Part shown: piece after piece, positions 51,454-61,176 of the stretch
Numbering within the stretch: the first letter of the stretch is position 1
How the letters are laid out: each line of letters opens with the position of its first letter
Assembly: GCA_043803405.1 (NCBI GenBank)
Contig: JAZDKB010000009.1
Location: 96,001-160,000, forward strand
Direction of reading: 5' to 3'
Origin: Spirochaetota bacterium
GTDB taxonomy: Bacteria > Spirochaetota > UBA4802 > JAFGDQ01
DNA length: 64,000 bases
Notes under the pieces: model-generated
What the model was told of the DNA's origin: nothing
The model's database searches: none
Seen by the model: only the letters and a program-made list of their open reading frames with translations
Position numbers and translations under genes: made by a program

Positions 51454-52653
51454 TTATGGATTATTGAAATTTATAACCTCACCTGTATTTTTGTAACCGA
51501 TTAAGCATGAATCAGATGAAAGAACAATTCCACTAGCTTTGTTACGATTTAACTTATTTGTCCCTTCTATTAGAACAAAATTATTGGTAATCCCAGGATC
51601 TATTACTTTGATGAGATAAAAATCATTGAATTCAAATTTAAAACTATTATTTGTAATGAACATTTTTCCGGTTGACAGATAGGCAGACTCAGAATTTTTA
51701 CTCCAACAACAAAATAAAGCTACATCACAGTCTTTTACAATTTTACATAACTTAATACCACTTTTGGCTGCTGCTTTTATCTTTAAAGTAGAAATATTCT
51801 TCCCGGGGAAAGTTTTTAAAATCTCACATTCATAAATGATATTATTTTTATCTATTGCGTCTATCTTTACAATAGATTTTAGCTCATCAGTAAAACAAAT
51901 AATCAGTCCAGCATCCCTCACTAGTAAGCCATATATAGTATGATTTGTTGGCTTATATACATCAGGATAAAGATACTGAGAAACGTCTTTTTCTGAAATT
52001 GGTTTTATATGTTGTATATAATTAATCGTTACAATTGAATCTATGTAATTTTTAATTACATCATTTCCGATAGATAATTTTCTTTCTTCGGTTATAATCT
52101 CAAAAGAATCTAAAAGATCATTATAAAATTTAATATACTTGTTATACTCGTTTATGTCGCTGGAAGCGAGAGTAATTACAAATATTGATTTATTAGTTCC
52201 AATAAAGCATACTCTTTCTGTTTTATTATATGGCATATTTGTAAATTCATAAATTTGTCCTTTATATTTATTCTTTATAAATATGTCGTTTAATTTTTTA
52301 GCTTCAACTTTCTCAGTTTTACTTTTATAGTCCTTAATATCTCTTTCGATAAAACCTTGCAAACCACCATTTTCATTTTCAATTGAGTAGATAGAAGAAT
52401 ATATATAAGTAAAAAGTTTGTTGTTTTCATTGCCTTTTGGATAAATAAAAAATGGTACTCTGTTTCTTTTAGCAGTTACTTTATCCAGATACCAACCTTT
52501 ATCTGGTTTTAATGAATACATAACTGGGCCGGAATAAGGTGTCGCCGTAAAATTTCCAGTTTCTTCTTCGTTAATAGTTTCCGAATTAGCAGCAGTAATA
52601 GAAAATATGAAATTTAAGATCAGAAGCAATTTTATTAGTTTTAAATTCTGCAT
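51454..52653 (-). CDS. Secreted hypothetical protein (cassette ORF)
   Basis: Signal peptide; 399 aa; bounded by attC-like sites 1 and 2. Confidence 0.75.
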   Translation of the reverse strand: MQNLKLIKLLLILNFIFSITAANSETINEEETGNFTATPYSGPVMYSLKPDKGWYLDKVTAKRNRVPFFIYPKGNENNKLFTYIYSSIYSIENENGGLQGFIERDIKDYKSKTEKVEAKKLNDIFIKNKYKGQIYEFTNMPYNKTERVCFIGTNKSIFVITLASSDINEYNKYIKFYNDLLDSFEIITEERKLSIGNDVIKNYIDSIVTINYIQHIKPISEKDVSQYLYPDVYKPTNHTIYGLLVRDAGLIICFTDELKSIVKIDAIDKNNIIYECEILKTFPGKNISTLKIKAAAKSGIKLCKIVKDCDVALFCCWSKNSESAYLSTGKMFITNNSFKFEFNDFYLIKVIDPGITNNFVLIEGTNKLNRNKASGIVLSSDSCLIGYKNTGEVINFNNP

Positions 52654-52693
52654 TAAAACTCCAATCTCTTTTATAATAAAATATATATTTTTA

Positions 52694-52824
52694 ACTTAAC
52701 GACGGGCTAAGTTGTTTTTACGGGTGACAGCAATGGCATTAAAAACTCGCTGATATTAAAACAGCAACCACATACTGAAACAGTGAAAGCGCGAGTAAAA
52801 ACCAGGCTTGAGACCATGTTAAGC
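52694..52824 (-). other. attC-like site 2 (131 bp)
   Basis: R'' GCTTAAC directly abuts the upstream TAG; L'' CTCAAGCC; GTTTTTAC/GTAAAAAC stem; R' GTTAAGT. Confidence 0.82.
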
Positions 52825-53562
52825 CTATTTATTTTTTTGGTTAAATGGAATAAATTTTTCTTTATTTGTAAGCTCAAATTTTGATTTATTTGAATTCCAT
52901 TGGAATAAAATTTTTTCAAATTCTTTCATTCCAATATTATCTAAAGTATTGGAAATATTTATAAAATCTCTATCTTGATAAATTCTGTTTGCAAAATGTA
53001 AACATTTGTCACATACTTGTACCGTTATATTTAATCCTTCTCTTGGTAATTTGTAGTAAAAATTATCTAATTTAAAAGTACTTGCTATCTCTCTTCTTAT
53101 TTTATAGAAATTATTTTGTTTGCTATTAGAATAAAATTCTTCAATAGGTAGTATTGGAATTTTATTTAGAGTTATATCGTACCATTGTTTTCCATTAAAT
53201 GTATATATCCCAAATTGTAATGTGCTTGTGAACCCTTCACCTTGATCATATATGTTTATAGCTATAAAATGGTTATTTTTTTTATCAATAAAAAGAGCAA
53301 GTTCAGTTACATAAGAACTTGCTCCAGTTCCGCCATCCTTAATTTCAATAAAACCGTTTTTTATATCTACCGTAGCATAATCCTCATAGCCCATAGTTGT
53401 TTTAAATTTATATTTTGAATCTTTTAAAAAAATAGGATAATATCGTTGTTTAATTATCGATTCCGCATTTTTATAGTAATCCAGGATTGTAAACTTGCTT
53501 AAATCATCTGCATGTACATTAATTGCGGTAGTAATAAATAATAAAAATAATATTTTTTTCAT
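52825..53562 (-). CDS. Secreted hypothetical protein (cassette ORF)
   Basis: Signal peptide ..NVHA; GGAG RBS; bounded by attC-like sites 2 and 3. Confidence 0.75.
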   Translation of the reverse strand: MKKILFLLFITTAINVHADDLSKFTILDYYKNAESIIKQRYYPIFLKDSKYKFKTTMGYEDYATVDIKNGFIEIKDGGTGASSYVTELALFIDKKNNHFIAINIYDQGEGFTSTLQFGIYTFNGKQWYDITLNKIPILPIEEFYSNSKQNNFYKIRREIASTFKLDNFYYKLPREGLNITVQVCDKCLHFANRIYQDRDFINISNTLDNIGMKEFEKILFQWNSNKSKFELTNKEKFIPFNQKNK

Positions 53563-53581
53563 TACAATCTCCAAAAGACAG

Positions 53582-53711
53582 GCCTAATGATATGAATCAG
53601 CTGTTCTTGCGGGTAAAGGCACTGGATTACAAAAGCATAGTGGCTTTAACCTGCACTGAATTTAAAAACAAATAATACACGAGCAAAAATAAGACTGGAA
53701 CACGATTATAG
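53582..53711 (-). other. attC-like site 3 (130 bp) with variant cores
   Basis: R'' CTATAAT, L'' TTCCAGTC, TTTTTGC/GCAAGAA stem, L' GCTGAT, R' ATTAGGC; same length and layout as sites 2 and 4. Confidence 0.68.
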
Positions 53712-53733
53712 GTTTTTATTTTTTTACTATTAA

Positions 53734-54123
53734 TTATACAAGCCATGTTTTATTTGGACGCTTTTGATAAATATCAACTATTTGATAATTTTGTAATATT
53801 GGTAAAATATAGTTTATACAACGTACATTTGAATTTTTATCTCGTGAAACAAGACAAAGAGGACCTGCTGCTTTTTCTGAATTTGATGAACGAATCTCAC
53901 ATTGATTTTTAAAATAATGATCGTTTTGAAACAGGTAGTGTAATGTAGAGGAAAACGATTCTTTAGTTATTGAAATATTTTGAGGTGTAATTGTAATTTT
54001 TTGGTTGTATTTCTCTTTGATAAAAAAATTTTTCCCTTTGTAAAGATCAGGAGTTCTGAACTGCCGACCTTCTTCTAACTTAGACCATACTTTTTCGATT
54101 ATATTTTGACAGTGTTCGCACAT
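53734..54123 (-). CDS. Cytoplasmic hypothetical protein (cassette ORF)
   Basis: 129-aa ORF; N-terminal CEHC. Confidence 0.7.
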   Translation of the reverse strand: MCEHCQNIIEKVWSKLEEGRQFRTPDLYKGKNFFIKEKYNQKITITPQNISITKESFSSTLHYLFQNDHYFKNQCEIRSSNSEKAAGPLCLVSRDKNSNVRCINYILPILQNYQIVDIYQKRPNKTWLV

Positions 54124-54156
54124 ATTTCATTTTCTATATAGTATATCTAAACACAT

Positions 54157-54624
54157 TTATTTATTTTGGTTTTGAGATGCATAATGCTTCAATCTATTAG
54201 GTAGATCTTTTTTTAATCCTGTTTCCCATAACAGCAGAGGGATTTCATCTCTCCATTTATTTTCGCTATTAAAAATTCCTTTAGCAATTAAATTTCGTTT
54301 TTCATATAACTTAAATTGTTTATTTCGTGAATTAAATACAAAAACATGTGTAGCAGTTGTATCAAATATATTTCCGCTATATTTAGCTGACTCTGTAGAT
54401 GTTCCGACTATTTGAATTTAATTTTTAATGAATATATTTTCAATATAATTATGAACATATTTAGAATTATCTGATAGTCCGAGGTACTTAGTAAGTTCAT
54501 CATCCGAATTTACAAAAATAGAAATCGAAGGATTATCAGTAGGAGTTTTCTTTATAATCAAATGATTATATGATGTCATGCAACCATATAAAAAGAGAAA
54601 AATAATAAAAAATAACCTTTTCAT
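54157..54624 (-). pseudogene. Cassette lipoprotein interrupted by an in-frame TAA
   Basis: Lipobox LYGC; TAA at 54418-54420, after which the frame stays open for 86 codons to TAA at 54157. Confidence 0.7.
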
Positions 54625-54646
54625 TTTTTTACTCCAATAAGATATT

Positions 54647-54777
54647 TTCCAACGAAATGTTCAGCTGCATGGCGGGTACTGGCACAGGCATTGCTAACCC
54701 GGCCAATAATGGAACATGCATAAATAACAGCAGCTAATCCAGCGCCAGCCATGTCAGACTCGAACCGCTGGTTAGGC
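54647..54777 (-). other. attC-like site 4 (131 bp)
   Basis: R'' GCCTAAC, L'' TTCGAGTC, CATGGC/GCCATG stem, L' GCTGAA, R' GTTGGAA. Confidence 0.82.
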
Positions 54778-54814
54778 CTCTTTCTTTGCATTTATCAGAA
54801 TACATGCTGATGGC

Positions 54815-54835
54815 ATCTAACGATTTGTCAAGATC
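54815..54835 (-). other. Candidate attI-like primary site
   Basis: Lone GTTAGAT core (..CTTGACAAATCGTTAGAT) at the head of the array with no matching upstream R''. Confidence 0.35.
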
Positions 54836-54974
54836 AAAACTTTGTGATTTAGCCGATTTTCATGTATCATAATTTCTAATGCCGATCATCCAATTTGCCG
54901 AATGATAAATATTATTTACTAAATTTTATATATTATCATTTCTTTCATTGCCCTTACAACAATTACAAACATAG

Positions 54975-55425
54975 GTAAACGAACCGGCAGAGTATATTCA
55001 GCGTGTCCCGAATGCGCTCAAAGCTATTCTGAAAAAGCACTTTCAGAGCTTCTCTGAAAAAGACAGCAGTAAATACAATTCAGGATCAGAAAGGATCAGA
55101 CTTGATAGAATAGAGTCATTCAAGGATAGCCTGATCTCTTGCGGTGATTACACAAAAGGAATAGCGCGTATACAATGCTCAAAACTCGATTGCAAGCACG
55201 AGATATTCAGGCCATTTTCCTGCAAACGCTTTTACTTCTGCCCGTCGTGCAGCCAGAAAAGAGCGATTCTATTTGGTGAACACGTCTCTGACGAAGTACT
55301 TCTAAAACTGCTGCACAGGCATTGTTCTGGCGTTTCAGTCTTACGGTGACTTTTAAGATTTAATCCGCACTTACACAGCCTGATCCTCGAAGGAGGCTTT
55401 GACGAAGACGGCAATTTCATTTTTA
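54975..55425 (+). pseudogene. IS91-family (Y2 HUH) transposase remnant
   Basis: Manual translation: SCGDYTKGIARIQC..DCKHEIFRPFSCKRFYFCPSCSQKR zinc-binding domain; after a deletion and frameshift QSYGDF/LRFNPHLHSLILEGG (HUH motif); truncated. Confidence 0.88.
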
Positions 55426-55529
55426 GGCAGATACGCTATTTTGACCCCCTGCTTGGCCATTTTGTTGTGAATTATTAGTTGAAATTATTTTCAGGATTGC
55501 TATCTTATTAGGATGAAGACAATAAAACT

Positions 55530-56552
55530 ATGCTGATAAAAATCAAAAAAATTATTTTCACTTCACTTCTCCTGTTAATTTCAGGCATAGCATGCGGAGG
55601 AGGAAGCGATGAACATGGAACTACTTCATGGTATGAGGTGACAGATTTTCAATTAATCAATACATACAACGATTCCACAAGGCTTACCCTGCTGTATCCT
55701 AAAACTGTTTCCGGAAATATTATCTATATTGAAAGTTCAACTGATCTCCACATAAACACAGTGAGTGATTTCAATAATAGCCCTGCAGCAAAAACAACAA
55801 AGACTGTTGCTGCGGATGATAATATATATGATGATTATATCACTTCAATCTCTTACGGCAGTTTAAAGAAAGTGTACTTTTATGTGCTGTACGACGGCAT
55901 GCTCAGAACATTTACAGGCACAACATCCGGTTCCGGTTCAACAACAATAACCGGATCAGTAACCGGATCAACTACAATGACCACTACAATAACATTGCCT
56001 ACCGGTTACAATGATGATACATTAAAAACATGGCCATTCATAGTCTCGTTAAAAGGACCGGCTTTCGGTAATCTTCCATGTATTACGTTATGTGTTAATA
56101 TAAGCTGGAGTAACAATACACAGTACAATGCCGATCTCGAAGCTATTAAAAATCTGGTTAAATCTATTATTGAAGGTACGGTAAATGTCGGGGATGCCCC
56201 GGCCAGGATTAATAAAAATAAAATTTACGGATTCGGATTCAGCGCCGGAGGATGCGCTGTAATGCAGATAGCCAACGATGATGCTAGCAGTCAATATGAT
56301 TTTATTGCAATTATCGGAGTCGGGATAAGTTCATGGATTGGGCAGTATTATTCCGATAATCTGGGTGATAAAAATATCTGGCTGTTCTGGGGCGAGGATG
56401 ATGATCCCTATGGTCCACAGACAGTGACCGCATTCGGATATATCCCTGCCGGTAGCGGCGAACATATTTTAACAGAGATGTACGATACGGGTCATACGTC
56501 GACTCCAGTAACTGCAAGTCCGTATATGTATATGTGGCTTTTAAGTAAATAG
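55530..56552 (+). CDS. Lipoprotein with C-terminal alpha/beta-hydrolase domain
   Basis: Lipobox GIAC; GFSAGG nucleophile elbow; GEDD and TGH as candidate Asp/His. Confidence 0.75.
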   Translation: MLIKIKKIIFTSLLLLISGIACGGGSDEHGTTSWYEVTDFQLINTYNDSTRLTLLYPKTVSGNIIYIESSTDLHINTVSDFNNSPAAKTTKTVAADDNIYDDYITSISYGSLKKVYFYVLYDGMLRTFTGTTSGSGSTTITGSVTGSTTMTTTITLPTGYNDDTLKTWPFIVSLKGPAFGNLPCITLCVNISWSNNTQYNADLEAIKNLVKSIIEGTVNVGDAPARINKNKIYGFGFSAGGCAVMQIANDDASSQYDFIAIIGVGISSWIGQYYSDNLGDKNIWLFWGEDDDPYGPQTVTAFGYIPAGSGEHILTEMYDTGHTSTPVTASPYMYMWLLSK

Positions 56553-56691
56553 GGATGACGATTATAAAAATAAATTCGTTAAAATAATAAAGTAAATGAA
56601 ATAAATTTTGTTTTATTCTCCCTTTCTGTGATCTAGAAATATTATTTGTTATAGATTTACTTGGTAATTTATCCTTGCTTTAAAAAAGCTT

Positions 56692-58347
56692 TTATTTCCA
56701 GTCGAAATACTGTAAACGGGTAATTCCGGGAAGCAGACGCCCGAGGTCTTTTCCGTCACTTAGCCGTATTAACCGCAGCTCGGCATAGCCGCAGGTCCGG
56801 ATATATGCCGCGTACTGCCCGCTTGGGTCATACACCGGCAGCCAGTTTATCCACGGGTCATGGACAAGCGTCCGCTGGCCGGAACCGTCCAGTTTTGCCT
56901 CAACAATATCCCATGGGACAAAGGACGCGCGGATATCCGAATAAAAATCGTATGGTGCCGTTATACGTTCAAATATCGCGCTGTCACCTTTTGCTACAGG
57001 GTCATGGTCTACAACATCATCTCCAAATGAAACCTGTTTTACATTGGTTCCGTCCGAGTCCATAATCGCGATCCTTAATTCGAATTCGTCAGGATAAGTG
57101 TACCATGGAGTCCACCTGCTAGTTTTAAAGATAATGCGTCCATCAGTTAACCAGTCAGGGTCATTCTCTTCGGTGTTAGTTGTTGTTTCAATACTCAGGT
57201 CTGTCGCAGTGCTGATGTCATCTGAATCCGCGACCCATATGTGGCCGGTACCGTATTGAAATGTTATATAAACAAGCTTCGAATCATCGGGTGACCAGCC
57301 AGGGTGGCCATGTACGAATCCTGTTGCTGAATTGAAGCGGTGGTAATCTGATCCGTCAAGTTTTATCATGTAAATATCTACATTGTTTGTTGTAAACATG
57401 GGTGTTGTTGATCCCATAAAGGCGACCCGGCTGCGGTCATGAGATAATGAAATGTTATCAATATACAGGCTTTCAAATTCCGCAACTTTTAAAGGGTCTG
57501 AATCTGTACATGTAAGCCGCGTAACAGCTTTTGTCTGCGGGTTGAATTTATAAATCTTACCTTTTTCATCTTCATGTCTGCTTATCAGTACTATCTGTCC
57601 CTGAAGATCCCCAGGTATGCTTAAATGAGAAAGTGGCCCTGCTGCAGTGAGCGGTATTTTGCTCCATTCACCTTCAAAGATATAGCCCGCATGGGTTGGT
57701 GTGCTGAACATGTGATTTACGATCATAACATTAAAACGGGAGGAGGGAGTTATATTTTTATCGTCAGTGTCGGTGCTTGTCAGCGGAATTATAAACTCCG
57801 CTTTATATTTTTTTTCACCAGGATAATACTTCATGTATCCGTTACCGTCTCCAATGAGATCATCATATTCGGCAGGATCAACCGGTGTTTTCCGTGAATC
57901 AAGATATTGCGCGCTGTTAAGCTCACTTACAATTATTTTCTGATCTTCATCATCCTGAAAAATCCCATCACCGTTGTTATCGATCATCAGAAATATTTCG
58001 TCACAGGCAACCGGGCCGCTTGAAGTGTACTGGTCGTCAAAAGATTCGTCAGTCCATTCTACTGCAATATATAATTCCCGGTCATCATTTACAAAAGCAA
58101 TGCGGACAGGTATGGTAGTGTAAACAACCTGGTCTGCAATGTTTCTTAGCGTAATGGTGTAGTCCTTGACATTACTGAGAGTAGAAAAGTCAACTATTCC
58201 GTCAACAGGGTATAATTCGGACAGGCTGGGATCTGTATGGCCGGGAGTAGAATTATCAGAATTAGTTTTTGAACAGCTTATTATTCCAATAATTAAGAAA
58301 TTGAGTAGGAATAAGGTACTAAAGTATGCTATCGATCTTTTTACCAT
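56692..58347 (-). CDS. Lipoprotein with DOMON/CBM9-like N-domain and TolB-like beta-propeller
   Basis: Lipobox IISC; LYIAVEWTD..AEFIIPL; PGWSPDD, PDW.TDG and P.YDPSG repeats. Confidence 0.75.
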   Translation of the reverse strand: MVKRSIAYFSTLFLLNFLIIGIISCSKTNSDNSTPGHTDPSLSELYPVDGIVDFSTLSNVKDYTITLRNIADQVVYTTIPVRIAFVNDDRELYIAVEWTDESFDDQYTSSGPVACDEIFLMIDNNGDGIFQDDEDQKIIVSELNSAQYLDSRKTPVDPAEYDDLIGDGNGYMKYYPGEKKYKAEFIIPLTSTDTDDKNITPSSRFNVMIVNHMFSTPTHAGYIFEGEWSKIPLTAAGPLSHLSIPGDLQGQIVLISRHEDEKGKIYKFNPQTKAVTRLTCTDSDPLKVAEFESLYIDNISLSHDRSRVAFMGSTTPMFTTNNVDIYMIKLDGSDYHRFNSATGFVHGHPGWSPDDSKLVYITFQYGTGHIWVADSDDISTATDLSIETTTNTEENDPDWLTDGRIIFKTSRWTPWYTYPDEFELRIAIMDSDGTNVKQVSFGDDVVDHDPVAKGDSAIFERITAPYDFYSDIRASFVPWDIVEAKLDGSGQRTLVHDPWINWLPVYDPSGQYAAYIRTCGYAELRLIRLSDGKDLGRLLPGITRLQYFDWK

Positions 58348-58576
58348 TTTTCATCTCTCCAATTTTTTACTCTTTTAATAATAAATATATACAATGTTTA
58401 TTAAAAAAACGACATTATTGAAATTTTTTATCCTAATTATAGAGATCAATGAAAGCTATACAAAGCTCCGTCTTAGTATTCATAACTATTTGCCCGCCCC
58501 AAACTACCAATTCATTCAGTAAACTTTGTATAGTCTGATTCAGGGCAATTTCAAAAAAATTTAAACTTCAATAATA

Positions 58577-59200
58577 TTAATTTTTTAATGAATTCATTAA
58601 TTCGAAGTAATACTTTGCTTCTTTTGTAATATATAATGAATACCAAGCAGATAATGTTTCTTTTTTGAAAATTTTTAATTGTTGAATAATCTCAAATGTG
58701 AATTCTAGTGGAGCTAAACCAGTGGCAGTAATTAGATTTTGATCACATACAGCAGGTTTTTCTTGGTATTTCCCTTCTCCACTATAATCTGGGCAAATCA
58801 TTTTTAAATATTCTTTGCTATTGGAAGTATGCATTTTATTATTTAATGCACCAATACGTCCTAAACCTATAGTTGCTCCACATATTGCTGCTACATTGTA
58901 ATCTCTTTCTATATAATTTTTTGCTATAAATAATGCATTTTCGTTTTCTTTATTCAACCATGTATCTGCACCAGGTAAAATTAAAATATCTTCTTTATTA
59001 AGATTTATTTTTTCAATGGTCATATCTGGAGTAATTGCTATTCCTCCCATTGTTTTTATTGATTCTCTTGTATTACCTATTTTAATCAAAGCACATTCTT
59101 CATTTTTATTCTTGAAATATCGCTTACTCGTTAACTCCGCAGTAATAAATCCAATTTCCCAATCAGCTAATGTATTTAATAAATATAAATATACTTTCAT
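58577..59200 (-). CDS. DJ-1/PfpI family protein (YdeA-like)
   Basis: LADWEIG, LILPGADTW, AAICGAT and LITA.G. Confidence 0.9.
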   Translation of the reverse strand: MKVYLYLLNTLADWEIGFITAELTSKRYFKNKNEECALIKIGNTRESIKTMGGIAITPDMTIEKINLNKEDILILPGADTWLNKENENALFIAKNYIERDYNVAAICGATIGLGRIGALNNKMHTSNSKEYLKMICPDYSGEGKYQEKPAVCDQNLITATGLAPLEFTFEIIQQLKIFKKETLSAWYSLYITKEAKYYFELMNSLKN

Positions 59201-59654
59201 CTTAATTCCTCCACAGTAATAATTGTTTTTATTAGTATGTTCACAAAGGATCGTACTTTACAGTTTTTGTAAACACGGGTGTAAAGGATGATCCTTTACT
59301 GTGCCGTATCAATTCTAACATATTATTATATAGTTTCCATATAACTACGGCTATTCAGTCAATTTCACCCATTTATTGCCGGATTATAACTTTACCTGAC
59401 TGTATAATATTACAATTAGCATATTATCCCGAAACCGGATAATACCGCTATAGTATCATCGCATATAATTTACTGATAGCAAATGCTACTCCGGTCTCGA
59501 CTGCCAGAACTGTCTGCCGCAGACACGATAGGTCGTACCCTGCTTTATTAATTATTAGCTTCTTCAGACATCGATCTAAGAAATTTTTTCTTACAATTTA
59601 TATATGTAAATTGCTTAGGTGAGTTTTCTACATTGAAACGCCAGGCACTTTTAG

Positions 59655-60392
59655 CTAGTTTTTATCTTTAATTTTTTGGTCAACAACTTGTATGAACTTT
59701 TCAGCTATTTCATTTTCTATTTGTATGGCTTTTTCTAATTCCTGTGGTGTAAAAATATCTTTCGTTACATGCAGATTTACTTTGTAAAGATGACATCTGC
59801 CAGGTTCTTTTTCAGAACGGTCGATGAATTCAGAGAGTTCTTTTCCTTCACCAATAATGTCATGGGAAATTTTATTCTGAATATTTTTATGCACGATAAA
59901 AGTAGTTTCAGTCCCAATCAGTTTTAATTTTGTTAAACCCTTCTTTTTTAACTCGATAAGTTCCTGAAGCTCTTCTTTGTTCATCGGCGTCTCCTTTTTG
60001 ATAATAACTTCTCTATCATTACAGATTATAGTTTCAAATTTTATTGTCAATTCTTCTATTTTCTTACGAACCTCATTTAAATTAAATGGTTTTTTTAAAT
60101 AGTCATCCATTCCGCATTCGGAATATTTATCTTTAATTGAAATATTTCCTGTAACTGCAAGGATAGGAAAATATTTTGTTCTACGGCGAATCAACTTGGT
60201 TGCCTCGTACCCGCTCATATAAGGCATGTCAATATCCATTAAACAAATATCATATTTGCCTTCATTTTCTATTGCGCGGTTGACTGCATCTCTTCCATTG
60301 TCCACAAGGTCACAAGTATATCCCCACTTTGTAAGAATTTTTTTATAAAAGTTACTACTGGTCTGATCGTCTTCTGCAACTAATATTTTCAT
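59655..60392 (-). CDS. Response regulator with unrecognised C-terminal domain
   Basis: ILVAEDD, LMDIDMP.M.G, AVT and KPF in the receiver domain. Confidence 0.88.
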   Translation of the reverse strand: MKILVAEDDQTSSNFYKKILTKWGYTCDLVDNGRDAVNRAIENEGKYDICLMDIDMPYMSGYEATKLIRRRTKYFPILAVTGNISIKDKYSECGMDDYLKKPFNLNEVRKKIEELTIKFETIICNDREVIIKKETPMNKEELQELIELKKKGLTKLKLIGTETTFIVHKNIQNKISHDIIGEGKELSEFIDRSEKEPGRCHLYKVNLHVTKDIFTPQELEKAIQIENEIAEKFIQVVDQKIKDKN

Positions 60393-60787
60393 ATTATTTG
60401 TCTCCCTATATTAAAATTCGCAAGTACTTTTCCTTAATGATTTAATGTAAAGTGAGCTTTGGTTATTCGTGTAAGGTTAATTTAAAATTTTTTATAAGAA
60501 CTTCTATATTTTTACTCTATGTACTTTCCTGTAATTAAAGGCAGTCAAATTCGCTCTGTTAACGACATCAAAAAGGTGTGAACCGCAATGCCGATGCTGA
60601 TAACAAATCGATTTAATCTCGGTAGCTCACCCAACCTGGCACAAACACAACAAGTAAATCAGGTTATATTATATCTTAAGCATTATACTTTGCAACGCTC
60701 TGTTTTCTTTTTAAAATTTACATCTATTCAAGTCATGGATATAAAAGTCTTAAATTTTTTATTTATGTATCATTTAATTATTAACTA

Positions 60788-61176
60788 TTATTGGCAGAAG
60801 TCATCTGAGATACTTCCCGAACTTCCGCCAGCAATATCCATCTCACTGGCAAGTTTATCATCTGTATAAATAGCAATTGTAATTGAGCTTCCTATATCAT
60901 TGTTTGTAGCATATAAAACTGCCTGCTGGCATATATCGGATAATTTTACTGTAAAATCATAATTCCATGGGAGGCTGTTGATTTCAGAACTTACCCATGT
61001 CGAGCCGGCTGAATTACCTCCATGCACTTCACCGCTATTAGTGAGAAATGTTACAGAAACGCTGCTGGAATCTCCGGTTATAACATATTTGAAATTAACT
61101 TCCTTCAATAGTGAAGCTAATGAGGTTAAATCGCAGCCGATAAAAAAAAATAAAATTATTATCAGTTTTTTTTCAT
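60788..61176 (-). pseudogene. Lipoprotein frameshifted in an A8 tract right after ATG
   Basis: AAGGA RBS, ATG-A8-CTGATAATAATT..; nine or six A would give MKK(K)LIIILFFFIGC in frame with ORF 60788..61108. Confidence 0.7.

Noticed and set aside
52707..52919. 70-aa ORF overlapping attC-2
   Set aside because: Alternate frame of a cassette gene running into the recombination site.
54418..54420. Stop-codon reassignment
   Set aside because: TAA terminates many ordinary genes in this window; one case is better explained by mutation or error.
55232..55420. 62-aa minus-strand ORF
   Set aside because: Antisense to the IS91 transposase remnant.
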